Origin: Lama guanicoe
Taxonomy: Eukaryota
DNA: 64,000 nucleotides
NCBI GenBank assembly: GCA_013239625.1
Contig: MU053561.1
Coordinates: 250,826-314,825 of the forward strand
Reading direction: 5' to 3'
The position numbers were made by a program, and so were the translations under genes. Of the stretch, positions 10,871 to 24,751 are shown piece by piece (within the stretch, counting starts at the first letter, position 1; every line of letters starts with the position of its first letter). The notes under the pieces were generated by a model that worked only from the letters and a program-made list of their open reading frames with translations, searched no databases and was not told where the DNA came from.

Positions 10871-12515
10871 CAAACAAGTGTTCATTGGACAGAAGCACCT
10901 TCCCCAGAGGCCTGCCTAGGGCAGCTTCTGGTCTTCAGGTCAGTTCCTTCTGCAGGATATTGGCAGTGACTCTGGTTCTTTGAATGCATCAGCTGAACAT
11001 CATGCCAAGACGGATTCATCATCTTAAAAAGGCAGGCTGGATCTCTGGGCGTTGCAGAACCTGTTTCTGGGTTAAGAGTAGCTCTCCCACCCTCATATGT
11101 ATTTTTTCATATGAGGAAAGAGTGTGTGTATTTTGTAAGGTAAGGAAAACATGATGATAATATTTTGATTGGAGTCAGATATTGTCTCCCTAATAATATG
11201 TTGTCTTTTAACAAATAGCATCCCTTTAAAATACAGTTTTGCTTGCTGACTAAAGTGTTGTACAAGAAGCTGTGGTTACATTCTAAGGTATACTACCTTG
11301 TTCAGAGGCAGGTGCATTTTTTAATTGTTGTTTGCTTCTTTTTCATCTCTTTTTACTCTCATCTCTCTTTTGGGAGGAGATTCTGGGAGGCTTTTAAGCC
11401 TCAAAGATTGAATAGCCTATTTTAGCTAGTCCCTAACAGGGCAGGGTTGCTATGTTGGCATGCTTATCCAACATTCAGATAATTGAGTACTATTAACTTG
11501 CTAATGTGTCCTGTTGAGTTTCTGAATATGAATAGTCAGAAAACTAGACAGTGCTAATTTATAACTTCTCTAAATGGTGACTGTGGTAAGCTGCAGAGAA
11601 ACTTCTGTTTATTCTCTGCTTCTACATGCTTTTGTTTCTCCAGAAAGTGTTGAGACTCATTCAAGTTTAAGGACTTGTATATTTTGATTATTACTTTTTA
11701 CTATGTTTTCTTCCCTGAAAACATGCCTTTATTTATTTGTTAGATCTTCTTTATTTGGAAACTTTAAGGACATTTACTTTATTACAGCATTTAAAGTACT
11801 TTCTAATCTTTATGAAGCTTATTAGAGAAAAAAAAGTCTGTAAATCATGCAAGCTTTGGGTATTATGTTACTATAAGCTGAAAGTAATAATATGTCATGG
11901 CTCCTGTGACATAAACTTTCTAAGAGATTTAAGGAAAATGGTTATAACTGAAAACAAACATTGCAACATTTTAAGGTAGGTTTACATAGCAACAAAATTA
12001 TTCCTCATGTTTACATGTAATTAACTCACATTTATACTTTGTTGATTCTCTCTGACACCTTTACAAGATTTTGGGTGGGGGTTATTTAAAAAGTAATTAC
12101 ATTTAAAAATAGCTGAAGACCTTTGAAAAGTCTAGAAAAGTGTAAGGAAAATCCACAGTTATATTTTGGTGTTTATTGTTTGGTCTTTTTATCTACTCTT
12201 AGTTTTAAAAATTGTAGGTTCATAATGTATGTATAATTTTCTGTTCTGCCTTTCTGTAGTGATTGCAAATATTTTTCATATTTTCAAGCATTTTTCATAA
12301 ATTGAATTTTAATGGTTATATAATATTCTTATTAATAGGTTTACTGTGTTTTGACCATTCTCCTTTGCTTTAGTTGCATATTTGGTTGGCTTCATCTTTT
12401 TTTATATATATAAATGATACTGATCTTCTTTATACAAAAATTTCCCTCTTTAGGATTTTTCCAGTAAGGTAGATTTCCAGAAGAGAAGTTACTATGACAA
12501 AGACAGTGATTTTTA

Positions 12516-13266
12516 TGCTGGAGATTGTGTGGAGAAAAGGGAACCCCCCTACACTGTTGTTGGGAATGAAGTTTGGTGCAGCCATTGTGGAAAACAGTAT
12601 GGAGATTCTTCAAAAGACTAAAAATAGACTTACCGTATGACCCAGCAATCCCACTCCTGGGCATATATCCAGAGGGAAGGGAACCTTAATTCGAAAAGAC
12701 ACCTGCACCCCAGTGTTCATAGCAGCACTACTTACGATAGCCAAGACACGGAAACAGCCTAAATGTCCATTGACAGATAACTGGATAAAGAAGTTGTGGT
12801 ATAATTATACAATGGAATACTACTCAGCCATAAAAATGATAAAATAGTGCCATTTGAAGCAACATGGTTGGCCATGGAGAATGTCATTCTAGGTGGAGGA
12901 AGCCAGAAAAAGAAAGAAAAATACCATATGTTATCACTCATATGTGGAATCTAAAAAAAAAAAAGACAAATGAACTTACATATAAAACAGAAATAGACAT
13001 ACAGATTTGTGGTTGCCAGGGAGGAGTGGGGTGGGAAGGAATAAACTGGGAGTTTGATATTTGCAGATACTGACTGGTATATATAAAATAGATGACCAAG
13101 TTTATACTGTATAGCACAGGGAAATATATTCAATATCTTGTAGTAGCTTACAGTGAAAAAGAATATGAAAATGAATATATGTATAATCATGTATGACTGA
13201 AACATTGTGCTGGACACCAGAAATTGACACAACATTGTAAACTGACTATACCTCAATTAAAAAAAA
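12516..13266 (+). mobile_element. 5'-truncated young L1 (ORF2 C-terminus + 3' UTR + A tail)
   Basis: L1 ORF2 C-terminal sequence and A tail, with a perfect 17-bp TSD AAAGACAGTGATTTTTA at 12499-12515 and 13267-13283. Confidence 0.95.
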
Positions 13267-13431
13267 AAAGACAGTGATTTTTAAACATTGGGAAATAGGA
13301 TTTCTTAAAACAGAAAAACATAAGAGAAAATTAAAATCTTCAATTATTCCACTACCTCCAGTCAAAGCTCACACTTAATATTTTGGTACATTTCAGACAG
13401 TTCTTTTCCTGTGTCTCTTACTGTAATTAGG

Positions 13432-13557
13432 ATTTTTTTGGGGGGTGGCAGGTAATTAAGTTTATTTATTTATTTTTCGGAGAAGGTACTGGGGATTGAA
13501 CCTAGGACCTTGTACATGCTAAACATGTGCTCTACCACTTGAGCTATATTTTCCCCC
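13432..13557 (-). mobile_element. tRNA-derived SINE (Vic-1-like)
   Basis: Reverse complement reads GGGGGAAAATATAGCTCAAGTGGTAGAGCACATG...GGTTCAATCCCCAGTACC followed by an A-rich tail. Confidence 0.88.
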
Positions 13558-13599
13558 AGTATTTTAACATATTACAGTTTTATCACCTCCTTCTGCATC

Positions 13600-14210
13600 A
13601 CTGAAAATATTGTGAACATTTTCCCACATAAAAATATTTTTTAAGAATGTGGTTTTTAAGGCTGCATACTGTTCTACCTGAAGATTCTGTCATACTTTAT
13701 TTAAGCTGAAATCTAGTCTTAGTTTTCAGTTTTCATAATTATAAATAATGCTATGATGAACATTCTTATATGTAAATCTTGGTAGGAATATTCATTTTTT
13801 TTAACATAAACTCCAAGAAGTCAAATTATTGTATCAAAGAGTATGGACCTTTGTGTGGCTTTTGATACATACTGCTAAATTCCCTTCCATGTAGTTTGAC
13901 CGAGTTAGACCTCTGTCAGCAGAATATGAGACTGTCAGTGTTTCCAACCATTGTCAATGTTAGTTTTTGTTTTTGCAACTCCTTACCAGTTTGATAAGTG
14001 GTAAATGCTACCTCATCTTAATTTGCCTCTCGATTACAGTGACATTGAATGTTTTTCATATGGTCGGTGGCCCATTGTATAGCCTTTTTATTCATTTATT
14101 TTGGTAAATTTTGTCTTTTATTCATCAAAGTGTTTCATTTTTGATTACTGATTTAAATATTTCTTTAGATATTTATTAATTATTAGCTCTTTGTCTTAAA
14201 TGTGTTACAA
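13600..14210 (-). mobile_element. Old degenerate L1 (L1M-type) ORF2 3' region
   Basis: Motifs such as ATAAATAATGCTATGATGAACATTCTT, GATACATACTGCTAAATT and ACCTCATCTTAATTTGC parallel the L1 3' region seen at 32700-33200. Confidence 0.6.
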
Positions 14211-16539
14211 CATGTATGGACAGGTTAAACTGTATAAGATCAAATTGCTACCAATATTGATGTCAAAAATTATTTATTTGATAGTTTTTTAAAAAATCTT
14301 TTGATTTCTAATGAGCTTGTTCAGAGTTCTGTGTATTTGTTAACTGGTATTTTCTGTAATTACTTTCAAATTCTATTTTGATTGTGTCGTAAATTGACAA
14401 GAAAATGTGTGTTTACTTTAATACCTTATAAAATGATACTGGAAAAAAAACAGTATATTATGGAACTAGGTATGTAATTTTGGGTGGCTAGAGTGTAATC
14501 TGCTTCTGACCTGTCTTCTTAGATATCCAAGATTTTGGAAGTGTGTAACATTCCTGAAAGACAGAACTAATATGCAGTACTAAATCTGACATTTTGACCT
14601 AATTGATAATTGTACAGTGGTCTGGCCAGTCAGTTTGATCAACCAGCAGGATGACTTAAGATTCCCCTCTGCTCTCCCGTCACCAAATTGATTAGTTGTG
14701 CGACAGAACTGACTGAATCAACCTGTTGTTTTGGCACCCCATGGTCACCACCTGTTTCTCATATTTCTCCCTCCAGCCTCCCACTGCCCAAGTGCAGTGC
14801 TGTGTGCACAGTGGGTAGGAGATCAATGTTGTTGCTGAAGAATGTTGCAATAAAGAAGAGTAGATTGCTTTTTTTCCAAGCTTGTATGTTCTTAAGGTAC
14901 CCTGCTGTTTTTGACATTAAGAGCTCCAGCTGAACTGCTTTATGTGACAGCCCTGCAGGTCTTAAGTGTTTGATTCAGAATCATTTCAGGCAATATGAAT
15001 GCTTGCTTAAGTATCATTGGAATTTACTGGGCTGGTTGTTTGCCAGCTATTACCATATTTAGCATGAGGAGACCTGGTGAACTAGGACATTTCTGACCAA
15101 CCAAAGAAGGAAACCTCTCTGAAGGACTGCAGTTTTTTTTTTTTTAAGTGTGGTTAAGAGAATGCCAGTTGGAGTGTTACTCTGCCCCATCCACAAAATC
15201 AACTTATGGATAGAAAAAGAGTTTTGATAATGAAACTCCTTCTCACTCTGAAGTCTAATACTGTTTCTTGGAGAAAATTGGAGAATTCTTACCCCTAGAC
15301 TGTGCACTGAGAGGCTTAATCAGCAGGTGAAGGTGCTGATTAAAAACATAGGTTGATGGGTGTTTATTCTCATCTTTTTTCTTGAAGACTTACTACTTTT
15401 CTGCTTTGTCATGGTCTGAATTTATTTTGGCCCAGTTCTTTTCTCCATCCTACTTTTGGAATTATCAGCCTTCCCTCTATGGCTCAAAATTTCTCTGCCT
15501 CAGCTTTTCCATTTCAAAGATGAAGGTAGTATTTGAAAGGACCACTCAATACAATTAACATAAAACAACCCTAACATTTACATAGCAATGCAAAGTTTAC
15601 AGAACACTCTTACACAATCGCCTCCTTTAATCTTCACAAAACTTTGGTGGAAACTGAGCCTCAGAGGGGTTAGTTGGCGTGTATACCATTGTTTAGCCCT
15701 AGATAATAAGTGACAGAGCTGGAACTTATACTTGTGGTTTGACTTCAAACCTCAGCTTTTTTTTTTTTTAAAGATTTGTTGAATTCTTACTATGTATCAG
15801 TCATTCTAGGGGCTTTACATATATTTCCTTGTTTAATTCACATGGCCGTCCTTTGGGTAGACAGTAATTAGCTGTATTACAGATAAAGAAATAGGAGCTG
15901 AGACTCATAGCTTTGGGTGTTGGGGTGAGTCCTGTGGTTAGTGAGGGATGGAGCCAGGATTCAGGCCTCCAGCTCCAAGGCCTCTGTAGTCAGCCTTGGC
16001 ACTTTACGTACATTCATACAATTACCCCCCATGACAACCCTACGAGATGGAGAGTAGGTAAATGGGGAAAAACTGACCTGCAACATGCTCAGGATAATGC
16101 AGTTAGTAAGTGGCAAAGTTGAGATTTAAAGCTAGGTCTCTTTGTCCCTGTACCCCTTATTCATTCCAGTACACTGAGGATGCATGTTTTTATCTTATGT
16201 ATGTTTTTAAGACTGTGAGTTCTTTGGATATAGGAGCCAGCTGTTAGGAATCATTTGTGTCTTCTGAATAAATAAGAAATGGATTGATTTTAGTTGACTA
16301 ACGACCCTGGCCTTCTCTCAGTTGATTTCTGTGACCAGGACAAGCACAATGAACTTGGGTTGAGAGGAGGGGAGTTCTCATGAAGGATGAGTCTTTAAGC
16401 CAGAATGGGCCACAGTTATGTGCTCTTCAGAGCAATGGTCCAACTCCTGAGGGCTCTTCGTGGGGAGATTTCAGTCTGTGTTTCGAGAAACTTTTCTTTG
16501 AAAGAGAGTTGTCAGCTTATAGGGAGAGGGAGGGTGGAT

Positions 16540-16760
16540 ACCGATAAGTCTGTCTCTTAACTCACTAGCTCTGTGTCCTGTCCTTGGACAAGTTTCTTAA
16601 GCACTCTATGCCTCAATTTCATTATTTATAAAATGAAGATAATAGCAGCATGTAATTGTGAGGGTTGTTATGAGGATTAAATAAGTTACTAAGTGTTACA
16701 TTCACAGTACAGTGCCTGGTCCATAGTAAGAGTGCAGTAAATAGTAGATATTGCTGGTGG
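16540..16760. mobile_element. MIR SINE (clearest of many; other MIR-like relics near 4150, 6900, 15600-16170, 17310, 18290, 19480, 21200, 25090, 29590, 43970, 47300-47670, 54560, 60960)
   Basis: MIR core CCTTGGACAAGTTTCTTAA...CTATGCCTCAATTTCATTATTTATAAAATGAAGATAATAG...GGGTTGTTATGAGGATTAAAT. Confidence 0.8.
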
Positions 16761-19700
16761 TGTTATTTATTTTGCAGTATAGACTGCTTTTTGTTGCTTT
16801 CACTTTTCTTTAATCCAAAGTGGTTGAGTGATTCAGATCCTTGGTGTGAAATAGGAGCTTCACTTTTGCAGCACGTAGATTGTTCACTGGTTTCCCATGA
16901 ACCTGTAAATACTTAAGGGTATTATATTTGAGACTGTTCCCTTAACGGGGAGTAACTCCAAGTTGGAGAATTTGTCCATTATACAAATTGTATTGATCAG
17001 TGTTAAATCATATCCCCCTTATTTATTAACCAGACATTTGTGGTTGGATTATGTCTAGTATAGAAACTATGATTTTTCTGAGGTGCAGCTTTGAGGACAA
17101 TGTCAGGTCCAACACTCTTGTTCCCCAGTTTCCTATGATATGGTAAACATCATCATGTGCCATCCAGTGTCACCATGCATTTGATGTTTTAACTGACCTT
17201 ACAGCACTTAAAATCTCTTTGAAATAATAAAAATATTTCACAGTCTGTTATTACACCCTCCTGGGCTCCTGGAGATTTTGGGATCTCGAGCTGGGAACCA
17301 TCCATCGAATCCATCCTGGTTTTACAGATGAGGAAAGCAAAGCCCAAAGAAGTGAAATGATTGGCCAAAGGGCCCAGAGCTGGGTCAAAACGAGGGCCAG
17401 AATCCAAGCTCTTGTCTTCTAATCAAGTGATCTTTCCTCGACACTCTTTACTCAAATGATATATGGGTATGTGGACCCTCTGTTTTCTGAGATCTGAAAA
17501 GGGAACAGTGAAAGAATGGGAAGGGTGGGGGAGGGGAGGAGTCTGGCTATACTGAAAATGTCAGTGACAGCAGAGAAAATATTTGCCTGTGAGCCTCTGC
17601 TTGTCCCTTTGGACTTCTTTGTAGTGGTTAAGACAACCCAGCAGGGTTGGTGTTATTAGTGATTCAGAATTGGATTAGCCAGGACTGGTGGAGTTACTTT
17701 CTCAGAAAAGGGTTTCATATTTTAACATTTGTTTCCCATGACAGTTTGCTTATTCTCAAGTTTTGGCAGCCTTGAGCAAATGGTTGTCAGGTTTTTTTGT
17801 TTTGTTTGTTTTATGACAAAACTTCAAATTTTATTTTGCCGATTTAGTAAACTCTGTTCTACCTACCACTCCCTTTTGCTCTCTCTCTAATTATTTCCAA
17901 GACTTTGTTTTTCAGTTGTGGGAGTACGATGAAAGGTTTTCTTTTATAGTCTGAGATATTTATAATTATGTGTAAGCACACTGTTTACTGAAAATGTAAG
18001 TGGTGCATATGTTAATTCAAATACCCTTAAAACACTTAAAATATCTTCCAATAATTTAAAAAATCTTTGCCCCAAAGCAGCTGCAGCCACTTAACAGTAG
18101 AAGAGAGGATGTCTATACTAAGGGTAGCAGGACTTGAATGTAATTAATATAGGTAAGTGTGAATGTCACTTTGGAGGAACTGCGAAATTTGCATGAAAGC
18201 TGACCAAGTCATACCTTTTTATTAACAGAGTGAACAAAACAGACAAAAATCTCTGTCCTCACGAAACTTATAAGAAGTGGCAATAGCTTCCATATTACTG
18301 AGGGTTTATCATGTGACAGATGCTTTGGGAAAAAAGTGCTTTACCTGTTTGTTTTAGTCCTGACAGTAGATGTTATGATTCCTGTTTACTGAAAGGTTAA
18401 GACATGGTCATCGAGGTCACCCAGTCAGTCAGCGGTATAGACCTGGAGCTGGAACCCCTCTTGCCTGACTCCTAAACTCACATGCTCACCCACTATAGGT
18501 AATGCCGTTGTCCATTTGGTGAAATCCTGTAGTCTACCAAATAATGTAAGTTTGGATTTAATATTATTTTGTGTGTTAAATTGACTTAAGTTTTACTCTT
18601 CTTAACAGCTTAAGTCTGAATGAACATTTTCATAATGTGGAAATTATTAAAATGCCAGAATTCCATCTTGAGGAATTGCAATTCTTTCTAAATCTTTTTG
18701 AAAATGGAAAGAATGGATTTATGTTTGCTATAATCCAAGGAAAGTTGTTTAGCGTTTCTTTCCCTATTACTTCTTAATCTTAAAAGGAAATTCTTTAGTA
18801 GATTAAGACTAGGAATGAATGTGTAGCTTTTTTTAAAAAAATTAAAAAAATTTGGAAGATTGAAAATGGTAACCCAGAATCATATTTGTGTGAGCCTTTT
18901 AAATTATAGACAGACTTTTCTTAACTGTGCACTTGTATTCTTATTGTATCTTTCTGAAAGGGATATAAAAGACCATGTAAAATGATTGGAATGCCTTAGC
19001 GCATGAACAGTGGACATAGCCAATTACTAAAACTGCCAGGACTAACCTGTCTTGGCCTGGGAGCTTTGAAATGTGTGCAGCCTTTCTACATGTAGAGTTA
19101 CAGAAAAAGCACGAGGAAAACCTTGGTTTTTCTTCTTTGCTGTGAACTTTTCCCTTATTATCTCCTTTGTCACTGAAAATTGATGGTCATCTGTACTAAT
19201 AGATGAGAGATGTATGTTTGACACCAGCAGATAACCCCAGATGATCCCTTCTGTTTTAAAATACAGTTCTAAACACACATGCTTAGACATGTGAGTCCTT
19301 TCAGACACACTAGACTTTATCCAGTTTACTCAGGTTTACTTGTGTTTAGTTGCCAGTTAAATGAAGGTGAAGGAGAGGATGCCCAGGGATATGAAGGATA
19401 ATGAGAGATAAATGACAGTAAAGGCTGATTGTTTATGGCTTTTAGATACCCGTCCAGCTACATTTTGATGTTTACTTTAGCGTAGCTGGTGAGTTTTGGA
19501 ACTAGCTAGACCTGGCTCTGATCCCTAGCTAAGAGTATTGGGCGAGCCACTTAACTTCTCTAAGTTTCAGTTCCCTGATTTATATAACAGGAATAATAGT
19601 AATACCTAATTTGAGGATTGTTTGTAAACATTGGAAACAGCATGTTTAATTGCATGGTTCTGGGCACAGAATAGGCGCTCAAGTGCCGGGGGCCTCAAAG

Positions 19701-19774
19701 TTTAAACTTCATTAGCCTCATGGCAGTTCCTCCTTTGGAAGATACAGTCTTGGAATGCTTGTCTCTGGACTTTC

Positions 19775-20471
19775 TTTTTTTTTTTTTATTTTTCTGAATA
19801 TCTTTCATCTCAGATACATTCTTTTTTTTTTTTAACATTTTTTATTCATTTATAATCATTTTACAATGTTGTGTCAAATGCCAGTGTTCAGCACAATTTT
19901 TCAGTCATTCACGGACATATACACACTCATTGTCACATTTTTTTCTCTGTGATTTATCATAACATTTTGTGTATATTTCCTTGTGCTATACAGTGTAGTC
20001 TTGTTTATCTATTCTACTATTTTGAAATCCCAGTCTATCCCTTCCCACCCTCTACCCACCTGGTAACCACAAGTCTGTATTCTCTGTCCATAAGTCTTTA
20101 GATTCCACATATGAGCGATCTCATAGGGTATTTTTCTTTCTCTTTCTGGCTTACTTCACTTAGAATGACATTCTCCAGGAGCATCCATGTTGCTGCAAAT
20201 GGCGTTATGTTGTTGGTTTTTATGGCTGAATAGTATTCCATTGTATAAATATACCACTTCTTCTTTATCCAGTCATCTGTTGATGGACATTTAGGCTGTT
20301 TCCATGTTTTGGCTATTGTAAATAGTGCTGCTATGAACATTGGGGTGCAGGTGTCATCCTGAAGTAGGGTTCCTTCTGGATATAAGCCCAGGAGTGGGAT
20401 TCCTGGGTCATATGGTAAGTCTATTCCTAGTCTTTTGAGGAATCTCCACACTGTTTTCCATAGTGGCTGTA
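19775..20471 (-). mobile_element. 5'-truncated young L1 with double A tail
   Basis: ORF 20098..20487(-) encodes the L1 ORF2 C-terminus ([12 protein letters not shown]...CTPMFIAALFTIAKTWKQPKCPS). T runs at 19822-19833 and 19775-19787; TSD GACTTTCTT at 19768-19776 and 20472-20480. Confidence 0.95.
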
Positions 20472-22861
20472 GACTTTCTTGTTTCAATTTATTTTAATGA
20501 TTCCCTTTAGATTCTGCTTCATTGCCAAGGCAAGATTATCGATCACCTGAAGAACAGACTAAAGCACTGTTGTCTGGTAACTTAAAGTTGCAGGATTAAT
20601 TGTGTGTGAATTAAAAAGCCTTTTAACCCTTTCTTCTGTGCAGTTCGCAGCATCTTGCACCTCTCACCTCAGAAGCAATTGGTTCATATAAAAAAAATAT
20701 TTCGTATTTCAGATCAAAGCTGGAGAACTCTTTGAGTAAGGAGGATCTACTCGGTTGGCTTATTTGTTTCCACCTTTTGCCCCTGAGCCTTCATGGAAAT
20801 CAGGTTTGAAATGTTAGAAGCAGTTGGCTTTCAGCATTGGGAGAGCTTATCTAATCAGGCATGTGAAGTGGCCTATGTCAGATTTCTGTGCCACAGAAGG
20901 CCGAGGGAGGTTGAGGAGATTATCGCTCCTGCTTGTAATTCCTGAGCATTGTTGAGACACTAGGAGAGCAGTGGGGAAATATATAAAAAAAAAAATTGTT
21001 GAGGTTTGTTACACCCGCCCAACATACATATATATACCTCCCATCCCCATTTAGGCTGGTGTGTGTGATCTAATTTGAATGATGTAATAGTTTATCATTT
21101 TGGGGCTAGATTGTGAGAATTTTCTGTTTCACAGAATTTTGGATCAGGAATTGTACATAAAATAATATTAAATAGTGCTTTCTAGTTATAATCACTTTTA
21201 TAAACATGATCTTATTTGAACCACAAAGACATCTGCTAAAGAGGCTATGTTAGTTTTACAGATGAGAAAAATAAGTCTCGAATAGCTTAAGGGAATTCCT
21301 CTAGGTCACATGGTAAGTATATGGCAAAGCCATGATTAGTACCCAGGTCTAATTTCTAGGGCAGTTCTTGTTTCATTATATCACATTGCTTGCTCCATAA
21401 TGTCCCTAAATCTGAGTTCTGTTCCCCATCATATGAAAGGATCCTCTTCCTGTCTGTTTGATTAGTTGTGTCAGAACATGACAGCAATGAAGCAGAACTT
21501 GAGGATTCTTTCCCCAAATGGGTCAGTTAGCTTTTTAAAAAGCTATTCTGTGTCTGCAGTAACCAGTTGTCCCTGCTGCCTAGACAAGATGTTGATCCAA
21601 AGTACAGTAGGCCGGAGAGTGTGGCTGACTCAGCTGAACCATCACTGCCTCCATACTTCCTGCCAGTGGGTCCATAACGTCATATTCATTTACACGCATT
21701 TTATGTGCTCCGAGGTTTATTTCTTAGTATTTTTTTCTCAGCTGGTTTTAATGTCTCAAGTCTTAGTTCTTCTTGAGTGGCCTGAAGTGACTCTGCTGTT
21801 CATTAAAATTTCCCTAAGTTCTCTTAAGAGCGGATGGCACGGGCTCGTCTTTAATGTGATTTTATTTCACAGCTCTTGGCATTTCTCTCCTTGATCATTA
21901 TAACCTTAAATTTTAACAGAGTATAAATTGTGTATACAGATAAGTGTGTCAGTATTGCACTGTCACTTATGTAAGTGCGCTTTAGCATTTCTTCTTTCCT
22001 TTTAGTCAAAATGAGGAAATAGAAAATGTTTTGTTATGGTAGTTTTACGCATACACCCACAAGGAAATGCATAGCTAGCTTCTGTGGGAACTGTAACTGA
22101 TACATTTTAGGGAAGAAAATGCATGATGGCTAAAATTTTAACTCTGCCAAATGGTCATGGGGAAAGGAAGAAAGACGATGAAACACATATTGCACTTCAG
22201 TTTAGCTTACTAATTCTAAGGCTAAAACGTTATATGAGTCTGTGCCTTGTTTACATCTGTTTGTATGTGAAAGGATGCTTGCCTTTCCACAAGAGTGCAT
22301 TTCACAAGTTGTGCTTTTCGTTCAAGGGAGTCATCTCAACAAATGTTCTTTCAGGTGTACAGTGTAGGAAGGCTTACGGTAAACAGAGGCCAACTAGTTG
22401 AAGGTTTGACACCTCAGTATCAACAGACTGCCAAATGGACCGTTTTGTCTCCAGCAATCCAGCTGGACATTTGGCCGTGCCCTGTGGTCGGCTGAGAGCT
22501 TCCTCGATAAAGGCCACTGTCATCTAGTCATTTTAGGGTGGGGCACCTCTCTCACTGGGGAGAATTTGGCAGCTGTTTATCGTGAGAGCTGGGATTCCCC
22601 CTTCTCCAGCATCCCGAGGGCATCCCGAGGCAAGCTTTGATAGCAGGATTGTTATTGTTCCTGAGGCACATAGATTATCCAAAATGATATCATTTGTTGA
22701 AAGAAAATTAGGAATTGATTTTATTTTTTATTCATGACAGGTTGAAATGAATGGACTTGTTATATTCAGTACAGTGAAGAAATATTTCTGGTTTTGGTAA
22801 AGTTATACATTTCAAATGTGATAATTTGGATTTTTAAATTAAACAAACCTCCCTACTTCAA

Positions 22862-22889
22862 GTGTGTGTATGTGTGTGTGTGTGTGTGT
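22862..22889. repeat. (TG)n microsatellite
   Basis: Read directly; one interruption. Confidence 0.9.
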
Positions 22890-24567
22890 ATTTGTTGGGA
22901 GTTGGAGGGATAAGCCTTGGAACTGTTTTTTTGTTTTTTAAAATTTTTATGACAGTACCTATTCTCAGTTTGTACCAGAGAATACTATCTAGAATGTTGT
23001 TCAGGTCTGGTGAAAAGATTTAGGGAAGTTGTAACTACTTTAATAACCATCTGTGGAGTGACAGGGACCGACACACCCAATTACACAAGACCTGAGTCTG
23101 AGAACTGTTGCTGTGCAGTCATCCCATCAGCATCTGCTCGTCATTATCAGCAACACTAATGGCTCAACTATTTCTCTGGGGCCACATGAAAAGACAGTGT
23201 ACCCATGGCTAAGGGCAAGGCAGACCTGACAAAAACATAGTCCTCCCTAACTCCTTGTTCTCAAACTACCCTTTTGTGAGGTTTTGAAATAATTCACTTT
23301 GTTTCCTGTTTGTCATTAATTTTCCTTCTTAAATACCATGTCTTTCCAGCTCAAATTTTTTTGCCAGAACCAGGAAGGGCAAAGTACAATGGGTCATGTT
23401 TCTAATCTGTGTGTCATAGCTCTTCATGTCTGTGGCTTCATACTGCTTTTTGTGTATTTGAGTATTCAGTATGTTTTCTAGTTTACATTTTTGTTAACAC
23501 CTGCTGTCAAATCACTTACAAGCATTTTCTAAAATAAATCATTCTGATCACTGTGAGTTGGAGGTGAGGAATCAGTTCACAGGTGGAAATCTGCATGTGG
23601 AGAAGGTAACATCTGACAGATTGCAAAGCCCTTTCATATGCGTTATGTCTTGTGTAAGACCATGTGTTCATTTGTGGAGACTGGGGCAGAGACCCTGTGA
23701 GACCAAATACAAAGTCACACTGTGGGACCAAGGACAGCTGGAGAGCCAAAGCCAGGTCTTTCTGTCTGTTCCTTGGTTTATAACTGGATCAGTATTATAT
23801 TGGCAGAAATAGGTACCCTTTTGCCTTTGGAAGGTATGTTAGCAGTTCTTTCCAGAATGGAAAGAAAGTAGTTATATTTTTCCGCTTTTTGATAAAAATC
23901 ATTGTGTTTAACTTTTTTTTTATTTTGTTTTGTTTCTAACTGCAGGGCTTCGGGTGCCTTTTGGAAAATTAAGTTTTTTCCATGACTTTCTGAACAAACA
24001 GACTCAATCTAGATTTAGCAACAGATTACAAACTTTAATTTTGGAGTTTTAGTATTTGATTGCTTTCTTTCTGGAGCATATATATCTGTGCACAAAACTG
24101 TTGGTTAGTAAGATCTCGTTAATTTTGCGAGTGGTCAAGTGCAAGATGAGTATTGGTAGAGCAGTGCTGTGTAACTGCAGTGCCAGGGTTGCTGTATGCA
24201 GACTGACTATGAGACCCAGCTCATCTTTTGCGAACTGATACAGAGTTTCAGGAAGCACCCTGAGCTGTAGTCCAGAAGTTCTGATATGGGGCAGTATAAG
24301 CCCAGGGAATGTGCTTAAGTAGGAGACCATTAGGAAATAGGTTTTGCATTTCTCCTAAGAGTGAGGCCTTGTGCTTCTTTGTCTAGGTTCCTATTGGTGA
24401 GCTGAGGAGAAGCACTTACTGGGAACTTCCTTGGATGTTATAGCTGACTTTTCTATAGAGTCTTCGTTGAACTAGCTGAGTAACTAGTTCCTAGGACAAA
24501 GGAACTTTGCAGGAGTTCCTTTGGTGGTACCTATAGCTCCCTGGGATTGCTGTCATCGCTGTTTGGA

Positions 24568-24751
24568 ATAGTGATTGTCCAGCTTGAAAGTGCATCAAGT
24601 TTTGGAGGGTTTGTTAGAACGCAGATTGCTGGGCCCACCTCCCAAGTTTCTGATTCTGTAGGCTTGGCATGGGACCTGATAATTCACAGTTCTGACAAGC
24701 TCCCCGGGCGATGCTGCTGCTGTTTTGGGAACTACAGTTTAAGACCACTGG
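24568..24751. mobile_element. MER5A-like hAT MITE
   Basis: CAGATTGCTGGGCCCACCTCCCAAGTTTCTGATTCTGTAGG...TTCTGACAAGCTCCCC...TTTAAGACCACTG resembles MER5A. Confidence 0.8.
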
